A DNA stretch of 64,000 nucleotides, taken from NCBI GenBank assembly GCA_963785725.1, contig CAWAWS010000039.1:480001-544000 (forward strand). The letters are read 5' to 3'. Position 1 is the first letter of the stretch. The number at the start of each line of letters is the position of its first letter. The position numbers and the translations under genes are program-made. Positions 31,576 through 40,384 of this stretch are shown here, piece by piece. The stretch is from an uncultured delta proteobacterium. Lineage in GTDB: Bacteria; Myxococcota_A; Polyangia; Palsa-1104. The notes under the pieces are model-generated. The model worked only from the letters and a program-made list of their open reading frames with translations, did not search any database and was not told the origin of the DNA.

Positions 31576-31947
31576 ATGACGACGATCGAGATTCTCGGCG
31601 GTAAGCTGCAGCTGACGGTGAACGGCCTCGACGTCATCCTCGCCTTCAAACGCCACTTGGAGATTCCGCTGGCGCACGTGCGCGGCGCCGTCGTCGGTAT
31701 CACGCCGGCGGCGCACGAGCAGCTGCGCAAGAGCTGGAAAGCGCCGGGCTCGAGCGTGGCAGGCGTGCTCACCGCCGGCAGCTACGTCGACGACGGCCGC
31801 TGGATGTTTTGGGACGTGCACCACTCCGGCGAGCACGCGATCACGATCACGATCGCGCACGAGCGCTACGAAGCGATCGTCGTCGATGTCGAGGATCCGG
31901 CGGCGACCGTCGCCAAGATCGACTATTTCCTGCAGCGCCAAGCCTGA
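31576..31947 (+). CDS. Hypothetical protein (bacterial PH-like)
   Basis: IPLAHV, KAPG...G....G.Y, FWDV; TACAAT-N6-ATG. Confidence 0.65.
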   Translation: MTTIEILGGKLQLTVNGLDVILAFKRHLEIPLAHVRGAVVGITPAAHEQLRKSWKAPGSSVAGVLTAGSYVDDGRWMFWDVHHSGEHAITITIAHERYEAIVVDVEDPAATVAKIDYFLQRQA

Positions 31948-32082
31948 CGTTACGCGGTTGAAACGGCGACGTTCGCGAGTCGTCGCGCGACAGTCGACAG
32001 AATCGGGGCGCAGGCAGATGCTTACGGCCGGGCGCGGCTTATAGTGGCGCGCGAGATCCCAACGTCGGATGCGGAGGAGCGG

Positions 32083-34464
32083 ATGAGCAAGCTCGACCCG
32101 GCACGTGCGCAGGCGATCCAGCGCTACTGGAGCGCGGCGAACTATCTGACCGTCGGACAGATCTATCTACGCGAGAACGCGCTCTTGAAGGAGCCACTGC
32201 AGCCCGCGCACATCAAGCCGCGCCTGCTCGGCCATTGGGGCACGTCGCCGGGCTTGAGCTTCATCTACGCGCATCTCAACCGGTTGATACAGGACAGCGA
32301 CGCCAAGCTGATCTACTTGACGGGGCCGGGACATGGCGGTCCGGCGATCGTCGCCAACGTCTACCTGGAAGGCACCTACTCCGAGATCTACCCGCACGTG
32401 TCGCCGGACGCGGCGGGCATGCGGCGGCTGTTTCGCCAGTTTTCGACGCCGGGCGGCGTGCCCAGCCACGTCAGCGTGCCGACGCCGGGCTCGATCCACG
32501 AAGGCGGCGAGCTCGGCTACGTGTTGGCGCACGCCTTCGGCGCCGTCTTCGACAATCCCGACTTGCTCGCGGTCGCCGTCGTCGGCGATGGCGAGGCCGA
32601 GACCGGGCCGCTCGAAGGCTCGTGGAAGAGCGTCAAGTTCTTGAACGCCGCGCGCGACGGCGCCGTGCTGCCGATTCTGCATCTGAACGGCTACAAGATC
32701 TCCGGTCCGACGGTGCTCGGGCGCGACGAAGACGGCGACGTCGCCCGGCTGCTCGAGGCGCACGGCTACGACGTTCACTTCGTGCAAGGTCCGACGCCCA
32801 GCGGCGACGCGATGCCGCTGCATCTCGCGTTCGCCGAGACGCTCGACGTCTGCTACGGCAAGATCCGCGCGATCCAGACCGAGGCGCGCCGTCACGGCTT
32901 CGACAAGCAGCCGCGCTGGCCGGCGATCGTCCTGCGCACGCCCAAAGGTTGGACGGGCCCCGACATCGTCGACGGCGTGCAGGTGCAAGGCACGTTTCGC
33001 GCGCATCAGGTGCCGCTGGCCAACGTCAAGACGAACGCCGATCATCTGGCGCAGCTCGACGCCTGGATGCGCAGCTATCGCCCCGACGAGCTGTTCGATC
33101 GCAACGGTCGGCTGGTGCCGGAGTTGGCCGCGCTGGCGCCGGCGGGCGAGCGCCGCATGGGCGCGACGCCGCACGCCAACGGCGGCAAGCTGGTGCGCGC
33201 GCTCGAGCTGCCCGATTGGCGCAGCTACGCGCTGCCGGTGGCGCGGCCGGCGACTCAGCGCGCCGAGTCGACGCGCCAGCTGGGCCAGCTCATGCGCGAC
33301 CTGTACGCGCAAAAACACGACAACTTCCGCCTCTTTTGCCCCGACGAGACCAACTCCAATCGCCTCGGCGACGTCTTTACCGTCGAGAACCGCTGCTCGA
33401 CGGGCGTGGTCACGGCGAACGACGATCACGTCTCGCCCGATGGTCGCGTCATGGAAGTGCTGAGCGAGCATCTGTGCCAAGGCTGGCTCGAAGGCTATGT
33501 GTTGACCGGTCGCCACGGCCTCTTCGCGACATACGAGGCCTTCGCGATGGTGTCGGCGTCGATGACGGTGCAGCACACGAAGTGGCTCGAAGAGGCGCGC
33601 AAGCTCGATTGGCGCGTGCCGATTCCGTCGCTGAACATCCTGTTGACGTCGACCTGTTGGCGCAACGATCACAACGGCTTTTCGCACCAAGGGCCGGGCC
33701 TCATCGACGTCGTCCTCGGCATGAAAGGCACCGTCGCGCGCATCTATCTGCCGCCCGACGCCAACTGCTTGTTGTCGGTGGCCGATCACTGCTTCCGCAG
33801 CCGCGACTACGTCAACTTGATCGTCATCGACAAGCAGCCCGAGCTGCAGTGGCTCGACGCCGAGGCCGCGGCCAAACATTGCGCCGCCGGCGCGTCCGTC
33901 TGGGACTGGGCTGGCAACGAGCACGCGGGCCTGTCGCCGAGCGCGGCCGAGCGCGAGCCCGACGTCGTCCTCGCTGCGGCCGGTGATACGCCGACGCTGG
34001 AGATCGTCGCCGCCGCCTGGCTCTTGCGCACGCACGCGCCGTCGCTGCGCGTGCGCGTCGTCAACGTCGTCGACTTGATGTGCCTCTATCCCGCGGTCTT
34101 GCATCCGCATGGCCTCGACGAGCAGCGCTTCTTGACGCTGTTCACGGCCACGAAGCCGATCGTGTTCGCCTTCCACGGCTATTCGCGCGAGATCCACGCC
34201 ATCGTCCACGGCCGCACGCACGCCGAGCGCTTCCACGTGCGCGGCTTCGCCGAGGAGGGCACGACGACGACGCCCTTCGACATGGTCGTGCGCAACAAGA
34301 TGAGCCGCTTTCACTTGGTCATGGAAGCCTTGCGCCGCGCCAATTACGAGCAGGCCGGCCCCTTGATCGAGTGGTGCCAGAACATGTTGGCGCAGCACGA
34401 AGCCTACGTCCGCGAGCACGGCGAGGATCTGCCCGAGATCCGCGACTGGTCCTGGAGCGACTGA
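32083..34464 (+). CDS. xfp: Phosphoketolase (XFP)
   Basis: KPRLLGHWGT, HEGGELGY, GDGEAETG, NDHNGFSHQ; GGAGGA RBS. Confidence 0.97.
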   Translation: MSKLDPARAQAIQRYWSAANYLTVGQIYLRENALLKEPLQPAHIKPRLLGHWGTSPGLSFIYAHLNRLIQDSDAKLIYLTGPGHGGPAIVANVYLEGTYSEIYPHVSPDAAGMRRLFRQFSTPGGVPSHVSVPTPGSIHEGGELGYVLAHAFGAVFDNPDLLAVAVVGDGEAETGPLEGSWKSVKFLNAARDGAVLPILHLNGYKISGPTVLGRDEDGDVARLLEAHGYDVHFVQGPTPSGDAMPLHLAFAETLDVCYGKIRAIQTEARRHGFDKQPRWPAIVLRTPKGWTGPDIVDGVQVQGTFRAHQVPLANVKTNADHLAQLDAWMRSYRPDELFDRNGRLVPELAALAPAGERRMGATPHANGGKLVRALELPDWRSYALPVARPATQRAESTRQLGQLMRDLYAQKHDNFRLFCPDETNSNRLGDVFTVENRCSTGVVTANDDHVSPDGRVMEVLSEHLCQGWLEGYVLTGRHGLFATYEAFAMVSASMTVQHTKWLEEARKLDWRVPIPSLNILLTSTCWRNDHNGFSHQGPGLIDVVLGMKGTVARIYLPPDANCLLSVADHCFRSRDYVNLIVIDKQPELQWLDAEAAAKHCAAGASVWDWAGNEHAGLSPSAAEREPDVVLAAAGDTPTLEIVAAAWLLRTHAPSLRVRVVNVVDLMCLYPAVLHPHGLDEQRFLTLFTATKPIVFAFHGYSREIHAIVHGRTHAERFHVRGFAEEGTTTTPFDMVVRNKMSRFHLVMEALRRANYEQAGPLIEWCQNMLAQHEAYVREHGEDLPEIRDWSWSD

Positions 34465-34486
34465 TGTTCGCCGTTCGCGAGCGCGC

Positions 34487-35659
34487 ATGATCCTCGTCTG
34501 CAACGCCGGCTCGAGCAGCCTGAAATTAGGGCTCTACGACGACGACGCGCGCGAGACGGCGACGGGCGAGATCGACTGGAAGGCCGATCCGCACGCCGCC
34601 GAGCTCGTCATCGAGCGCGCCGGAGAGGCGCCGCAAAAGAGCCAACACGAGGTGCGCGACTTCCACGCCGCCGTCGACGTTGCGCTCGATGCGCTCGTCG
34701 GCAAAAACGAGCGCGCGCGGGTTCGCGCCGTCGGCCAGCGCGTCGTCCACGGCGGCAGTCGGCTCACCGAGAGCGTGCGCATCGACGACGAGGTGCGCCG
34801 CGAGATCGAGCGCATGGTCGCCGTGGCGCCGCTGCACAATCCGCCGGCGCTGCAAGCCATCGACGCCGTCACGCGCGCGCTGCCGGGCGTGCCGCAAGTG
34901 GCCGTGTTCGATACGTCGTTTTACGCCGCGCTGGCGCCGCCGCACTACGTCTTCCCGGTTCCGTACGCGTGGTTTACCGATTGGGGCGTCCGTCGCTTCG
35001 GCTTTCACGGCATCAGCCACGGCTACTGCGCCTTGCGCGCGCGCGAATTACTCGGCGGGCGCGACGATGTGCGGCTCATCAGCTGTCACCTCGGCAACGG
35101 CTGCTCGATCACGGCCACGCGCGGCGCCCGCGCCGTCGCCACGACGATGGGTTTCACGCCCATCGACGGCCTCATGATGGGCACGCGCGGCGGCGCCATC
35201 GATCCCGGCATCCTCTTGTACGTGCAAGCGCAGCGCGGCCTCGATGCGCACGCCCTCGACGCGGCGTTGAACCACGAGTCGGGCCTCAAGGGCGTGTCGG
35301 GCGTGTCGTCCGACTACCGCGAAGTGGAGGACGCGGCGAACGGCGGCCACGCGCGCGCGCGGCTGGCGCTCGACATTTACGCCGTGCGCGTGCGGCAGGC
35401 GATCGGCGCCATGGCCGTGACGCTCGGCGGCGTCGACGCGCTCGTCTTCACGGCCGGCGTCGGCGAGCATTCGGCGTCGCTGCGGCGCGCGGCCTGCGAA
35501 GGCCTGGCGTGCCTAGGCGTTCAGCTCGATGCGACGGCGAACGAGAGCGGCCGCGGCGATCGCGACGTCGCGACGACGGCGAGCGGCGCCCGCATCCTCG
35601 TGTTGCACACGCGCGAGGAGCTAATGATCGCCCGCGAGACCAAGCGGCTGGTCGCCTGA
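34487..35659 (+). CDS. ackA: Acetate kinase
   Basis: NAGSSSLK, RVVHGG, APLHNP, FHGISH, HLGNG, FTAGVGE, EE. Confidence 0.95.
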   Translation: MILVCNAGSSSLKLGLYDDDARETATGEIDWKADPHAAELVIERAGEAPQKSQHEVRDFHAAVDVALDALVGKNERARVRAVGQRVVHGGSRLTESVRIDDEVRREIERMVAVAPLHNPPALQAIDAVTRALPGVPQVAVFDTSFYAALAPPHYVFPVPYAWFTDWGVRRFGFHGISHGYCALRARELLGGRDDVRLISCHLGNGCSITATRGARAVATTMGFTPIDGLMMGTRGGAIDPGILLYVQAQRGLDAHALDAALNHESGLKGVSGVSSDYREVEDAANGGHARARLALDIYAVRVRQAIGAMAVTLGGVDALVFTAGVGEHSASLRRAACEGLACLGVQLDATANESGRGDRDVATTASGARILVLHTREELMIARETKRLVA

Positions 35660-35675
35660 TCGCCGGCGCCGCACG

Positions 35676-36185
35676 TCAGAGCCACGGCAGCGCCAAGTAG
35701 CCTTTGTGCACGAAGCGCCACTCGACCCAGTCGTTGTCGCGCAGGCCGAGCGCGGCGAAGGTCGCGTCCGACAAGTCGATGCCGGCGCGGTTCGACGGCG
35801 CGCGAAAGGCGCCCACTTTGCGCTCGGCGGCCGGCCGGCGATCGCTGGCCCAATAGTCGTCGCTGACGTTCCACGGCCCGACGTCGAGCACGGGCACGAC
35901 GATCGCCCGCTGCCGATAGCGCACCTCGACGTGCTTGCCGAGCGCTTTGGGATGCGGCAGCGCCACGAACAGCGAATCGCGCGCGATGACGTAGCCCGTC
36001 GACGTGCGCTTGCCGATCTCGCCTTCGCGCGTCGCATAGACGCGCTGCCACGCGCTCGGCTCGAGCCCGGCGCGCACCGCCAAGACGACGAGCACGGCCA
36101 GCACCGCGCCGAAGACGACGCTGGGGCCGCCGACGCGCTGCTGCCATCTCGATAGTCTGCCGGCTTTGCGTCGCTTCCGCGCCAT
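35676..36185 (-). CDS. Membrane-anchored RlpA-like double-psi beta-barrel protein
   Basis: N-terminal TM helix; VALP, VLDVGPW, GIDLSDATF. Confidence 0.7.
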   Translation of the reverse strand: MARKRRKAGRLSRWQQRVGGPSVVFGAVLAVLVVLAVRAGLEPSAWQRVYATREGEIGKRTSTGYVIARDSLFVALPHPKALGKHVEVRYRQRAIVVPVLDVGPWNVSDDYWASDRRPAAERKVGAFRAPSNRAGIDLSDATFAALGLRDNDWVEWRFVHKGYLALPWL

Positions 36186-36258
36186 GTCCGTGCGCGCAGC
36201 ATACCGACGGATTCGCGCGCGAAGCGACAAATTCGCGCGCGAATCCCGGTCGCGCCGT

Positions 36259-37536
36259 TCAGGTCTGCAGCAGCGCCACCGTGCCCACGCCGCCGTCGGC
36301 GCAGATCGAGACGATGGCGCGCGACCCCTTTTCCATCGCCGCCAGCTCTTTGATCGCCTGGCTCAGGATGCGCGCGCCGGTCGCGCCGAACGGATGGCCG
36401 AGCGCGACGCTGCCGCCGTTGGGGTTGATGCGCTCGCGCGGCACCTGCCCGAGCGCGACGTCGACGTTGGCTTTGTCGCGCAAGAACTGCGGCGATTCCA
36501 GCGCCTTCAGTTGATAGAGCACTTGCGCCGCGAAGGCTTCGTGGATCTCCCACAAATGAACGTCGCTATAGGTGAGGCTGTTACGCGCCAACAAACGCGG
36601 GATCGAATAAGCGGGCGCCATCAATAAACCCTCTTTATAGATGTCGACGGCGCCGCATTCGAAGTCGACCAGTCGCGCTCGCGGCGTCGCGTCCGACAGG
36701 CGCTTCAGGCCCGCTTCGCTCGCCACCCACACCGCGGCCGCGCCGTCGGTGAGCGGCGACGAGTTGCCGGCCGTCGCCGAGCCTTGGCCGTTGGGCCCGA
36801 AGAACGCGGGCTTGAGCTTCGCCAGCGCCGCCAGCGTGCTGCCCGGCCGCGGAAACGCGTCATGATCGACGCCATCGACGGGCACGATGAGGTCGGTGAA
36901 GAAGCCGCGCGCCTGTCCGGCGACGGCGCGCAGATGGCTCTGCAGCGCCCACTCGTCCTGCTCGACGCGACCGATATTCCACTCCTGCGCCGTCTCTTCC
37001 GAATGCTGACCCATGCTCTTGCCGGTCGCGCGATTCTTGATCGACTGCAGCTGCAGCCGCACGTCGCCGAGCGGCAGCTGCTGCACGAGCTGCGCGCGCT
37101 GCGACCAGCTGCGCGCTTGCACGAGGCGCCGCAGCCAATCGGACAGGGGCTGCGTCAATCCGACCTGCACGTGGCTCATGCTCTCGACGCCGCCGGCCAG
37201 CGCCAAGTCGCCGACGCCGCGGCCGAGGATGCCCGCCAAATCGAACGCCGCCATCATGCTCGTCGAGCACTGCATGATGACGGTCGACGTCGGCACCGTC
37301 GGGTCGAGCCCTGAGTCGAGCCACGTCTCGCGCGCCAAGTTGCTCCATTGCAGGCTGGGAATGACGCTGCCCCACATCGCCTGATCGATGCGCCCCGACG
37401 CCGCCACTCGCTGCGCCATCGCCTTCAAGACGGGCACGCCGAGCGCAATGGCGTCGCGCGCGGCCAGTCCGCCGTCGACCCGTGTGAACGGCGTGCGCAC
37501 ACCCGCGGCCAGCCAGATCGGTCTATCGGTGCTCAT
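36259..37536 (-). CDS. Acetyl-CoA C-acyltransferase (thiolase, FadI-like)
   Basis: RTPF, QCSTS, GGVESMS, HEAFA, GHPFGATG, CADGG. Confidence 0.93.
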   Translation of the reverse strand: MSTDRPIWLAAGVRTPFTRVDGGLAARDAIALGVPVLKAMAQRVAASGRIDQAMWGSVIPSLQWSNLARETWLDSGLDPTVPTSTVIMQCSTSMMAAFDLAGILGRGVGDLALAGGVESMSHVQVGLTQPLSDWLRRLVQARSWSQRAQLVQQLPLGDVRLQLQSIKNRATGKSMGQHSEETAQEWNIGRVEQDEWALQSHLRAVAGQARGFFTDLIVPVDGVDHDAFPRPGSTLAALAKLKPAFFGPNGQGSATAGNSSPLTDGAAAVWVASEAGLKRLSDATPRARLVDFECGAVDIYKEGLLMAPAYSIPRLLARNSLTYSDVHLWEIHEAFAAQVLYQLKALESPQFLRDKANVDVALGQVPRERINPNGGSVALGHPFGATGARILSQAIKELAAMEKGSRAIVSICADGGVGTVALLQT

Positions 37537-37781
37537 CCTCGTCTCCTCGTTCGCAAATGGGGGCGCGCCAGAATACGTCGAACCGGCGCGCGCGCAGCGT
37601 GTAAATCCGGCGCGAAATCGCCGCCAAACCGCCGATCAACGGAGCGGCGCGGGCGACGTGGCATCTGTGACACGATGCCGCGGCGGCGCGATTCGTTACG
37701 TCGCCGAGTCGCGAGATCCCCCGGTTTTACTCGGGTGAAATCCGCTGGCGCGGCGCGAACACCGACCGCATAAGAGCGATC

Positions 37782-38420
37782 ATGACCCGCCGCGATCGCG
37801 TGACCATTGGGCTGCTCGCCTTCTTCCTGCTCGCCGCAGCGACGATCGAGCTGTACTTCCTCGTCTTCCACGCCGACTTGCCGGCGCGCACCCAGACGCA
37901 GCTCTTCGCGCGCGGGTTTCGCCTGTACAGCATCGCCGACCGCGGCTTCTACGATCCGGTGTCACCGCTGGCCTTGGCGTTCGAAGGCCTCAACGTCTTC
38001 CTCATGCAGCCGCTGTGTGCGCTGCTGATCTACGCGATCGCGCGCGATCGCTCGTATCGCTGGCCGCTGCAGCTCGGCATCGGCGCCTATCTCGCCATCT
38101 CGGTCGTGCTCTATTACGCGATCGGCATCATCGGCGGTTACGACGCCATGCCGGTGCGCACGACGAACGCGTATCTGCTGTTTTACGGCGCCAATCTGCC
38201 GTGGATGCTGACCTACGGCTGGCTGGCGATCGACGCCGGCGCCGTCATCGCGCGCGCCTTCGCCGATGCGCCGGCGCTGACGGCGCTGACGACGACGAAG
38301 CCGGCGCCGATCGCGATCGAGTTGCCGGCGCTGTCAGACGACGAAGACGAAGCGCAGCTCGTCGTCGTGCAGGCCGCCAGCGCGCCCGACGCGCCGTCGA
38401 ACGCCGGGCACACGCGATAA
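37782..38420 (+). CDS. EXPERA / emopamil-binding-protein (sterol isomerase-like) membrane protein
   Basis: Four TM helices with IELYF, Y..AD.GF, FEGLN and NLPW pattern. Confidence 0.7.
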   Translation: MTRRDRVTIGLLAFFLLAAATIELYFLVFHADLPARTQTQLFARGFRLYSIADRGFYDPVSPLALAFEGLNVFLMQPLCALLIYAIARDRSYRWPLQLGIGAYLAISVVLYYAIGIIGGYDAMPVRTTNAYLLFYGANLPWMLTYGWLAIDAGAVIARAFADAPALTALTTTKPAPIAIELPALSDDEDEAQLVVVQAASAPDAPSNAGHTR

Positions 38421-38458
38421 CCGGCACGCATTGGATGCTTACCGCCGCGCAATAGTGA

Positions 38459-38624
38459 CTAGTACCTCGCCACAGTGATTTTGATGGGTCCCCGGCGAGG
38501 ATTCGGGGTTCAGGGCGAGGCGCGACGACGAAGGAATACTGTTTGTATTTCGGGGAGGATCAACGAAGCCATGGACGTCGAAGACCGGCGCGGACCGGTC
38601 GAAATCACTGTGGCGAGGTACTAG
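38459..38624. mobile_element. MITE-like non-autonomous element (166 bp)
   Basis: Perfect 23-bp terminal inverted repeats CTAGTACCTCGCCACAGTGATTT (38459-38481 / 38602-38624); internal hairpin GAATAC-tgttt-GTATTTC; no transposase. Confidence 0.8.
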
Positions 38625-38665
38625 ACGCGCTGCACATTTCGCGTTCGCGCAGTAAGCTCGGCGAA

Positions 38666-39223
38666 ATGTCGCGCTTCGTGCTCCTCGGGTTGCTGGTGGC
38701 CGCCGGCTGCGGCGACAAAGCGCCGGCGCGTCACGGCCCGTCCGCCGACCTCGGCGTCCCCGAGGAGCCGCCCGATCTGACGCCGCCGCGCGACTTCTTC
38801 GTCGGCCGCTACAGCTGCAAACAATCGATCGACGACTTCTGCGCCATGGCCGTCTGCGTGCGTGATCTGTCGCAAGCCTTGAAGCCCGACGCCGGCTGCA
38901 TCGGCTTCGGCATGGTCGCCAACTCCTGCGGCAGCTACGTCTACATCGACCAGTATTTCGGCCCGCTCGACAGCGACGGCGGCATCGTCACGCTCGGGCG
39001 CATCTTCGTCTACGACATCGCCAGCGGTCAGCTCGTCGCCGTCTTGGACGGCAGCTCGAGCGGCACCGCGACCTGTGTGGCCGGCCCCAACGTCTTCATC
39101 GACGACGAGCTCGTGCATTGTCCGACCGACGCCGGCACGCCGCAGCAGATCTGCGCCAGCTTCCCGGGCGCGCCGCCGCCGTGCGGCGCTTTGGGCGGCG
39201 TCCACGGCGACAAATGCTCCTGA
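38666..39223 (+). CDS. Cys-rich lipoprotein, hypothetical
   Basis: AAGC lipobox; TAAGCT-N7-ATG. Confidence 0.65.
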   Translation: MSRFVLLGLLVAAGCGDKAPARHGPSADLGVPEEPPDLTPPRDFFVGRYSCKQSIDDFCAMAVCVRDLSQALKPDAGCIGFGMVANSCGSYVYIDQYFGPLDSDGGIVTLGRIFVYDIASGQLVAVLDGSSSGTATCVAGPNVFIDDELVHCPTDAGTPQQICASFPGAPPPCGALGGVHGDKCS

Positions 39224-39347
39224 ATCGCCGGCGCTGACCGGCGCCGCGTCAGCCGCCGAATCCGTACCGCCCACGATGACTTAGCGATCGGGCGCGACGT
39301 TTGCCGCGCGCGAAATGATCTCCAAAAAAGGGTATGATCGCAGTCTG

Positions 39348-39608
39348 ATGGGGGATCCGCCCAAGGCGCGCGAGACGCCGATGGAAATGCTGCAGCGACG
39401 GCTCGCGCAGTACGTCGGCCCGCACACGGCGCGCCTGTCGCTCAAAGCGTTCGCCAACAAGCACTTCGGCGTCGCGCCCGCGGATCTGCCGGTGACGGCG
39501 GTGCCCGAGCTCATTCGCAGCTTGCGGCCGCTCTTGCGCTCCTTGCTCGGCGAAGTCGACAGCGAGCGGCTCTTGAAGCTGCTGCTCGCGGAGAACAACC
39601 AGTCATGA
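39348..39608 (+). CDS. Small helical cytoplasmic protein, partner of the downstream membrane protein
   Basis: ATGA overlap with the next gene; TATGAT upstream. Confidence 0.7.
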   Translation: MGDPPKARETPMEMLQRRLAQYVGPHTARLSLKAFANKHFGVAPADLPVTAVPELIRSLRPLLRSLLGEVDSERLLKLLLAENNQS

Positions 39609-40381
39609 AATACGCGCTGCTCGGTGGCGGCGTCGTCGCGTGCGCGCTGTTGGCGCTGGTCGCGTCGCTGACCTTCTCGCCGCCGCTGGCCGAATTCTTG
39701 TGCGTCATGAGCTACGGCTTGGCCTGCGTCATGGGACTCCTCAACGCCGCCAGCTACGCGCGCCACGATCGCCTGCGCTGGGCCTGGCTCTGCTTCGGCC
39801 TCGGCTACCTGTTCGGCTTCAGCTCCGCCGTCGCCTTCGGCACGCGCCCCGAAGCTGAGACGATGACGACGCTCGCCGTGACGCTGTGGAACGTCTGCGT
39901 CCTCTTGCTCAACGTCTTCTTGGTCGCGTCCGAAGCGTGGTTCGCGCGCATGTGGAGCGACACCGGCTTGGCGCCGCCGGGCCGCTTGGGCGCGACGATC
40001 GTCTTCCTCGCGCTCGCGCTCGTCTTCGACGGCAAAGCCGCGCTCACCGACCTCACGCTGCTCAGCCACGGCAGCATTCGCGCGCTCAGCGACTTCATCT
40101 CGCTCGCCGCCGACATCACCAGCATCGCCCTCGTGGGCCCGATCTTCGCCACCGTCATCGCGCTGCGCGGCGGCCTCTTGGTGCGCCCGTGGATCTTCTT
40201 GTTCCTGAGCTCGTTCACCTGGCTGCTCGACGACGCCACGGTGCTCCTGCCGCATCACGCCGCCGCGGCCGATCTGATTCACGCGCGTCTTGGCCGTGCA
40301 GCTCGCGTTCGCGGCCGCGATGTCGCAGCGGCTGGTGCGCGCCGATCTCTCGCGCAGCTCGCGCGCGACTTGCCGCAGTAA
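39605..40381 (+). CDS. Polytopic (7-8 TM) membrane protein, MASE-like sensor without output domain
   Basis: Hydrophobic helices, RWAW/RPW repeats; probable compensating indels near 40277 and 40347. Confidence 0.7.
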   Translation: MKYALLGGGVVACALLALVASLTFSPPLAEFLCVMSYGLACVMGLLNAASYARHDRLRWAWLCFGLGYLFGFSSAVAFGTRPEAETMTTLAVTLWNVCVLLLNVFLVASEAWFARMWSDTGLAPPGRLGATIVFLALALVFDGKAALTDLTLLSHGSIRALSDFISLAADITSIALVGPIFATVIALRGGLLVRPWIFLFLSSFTWLLDDATVLLPHHAAAADLIHARLGRAARVRGRDVAAAGARRSLAQLARDLPQ

Positions 40382-40384
40382 CGC

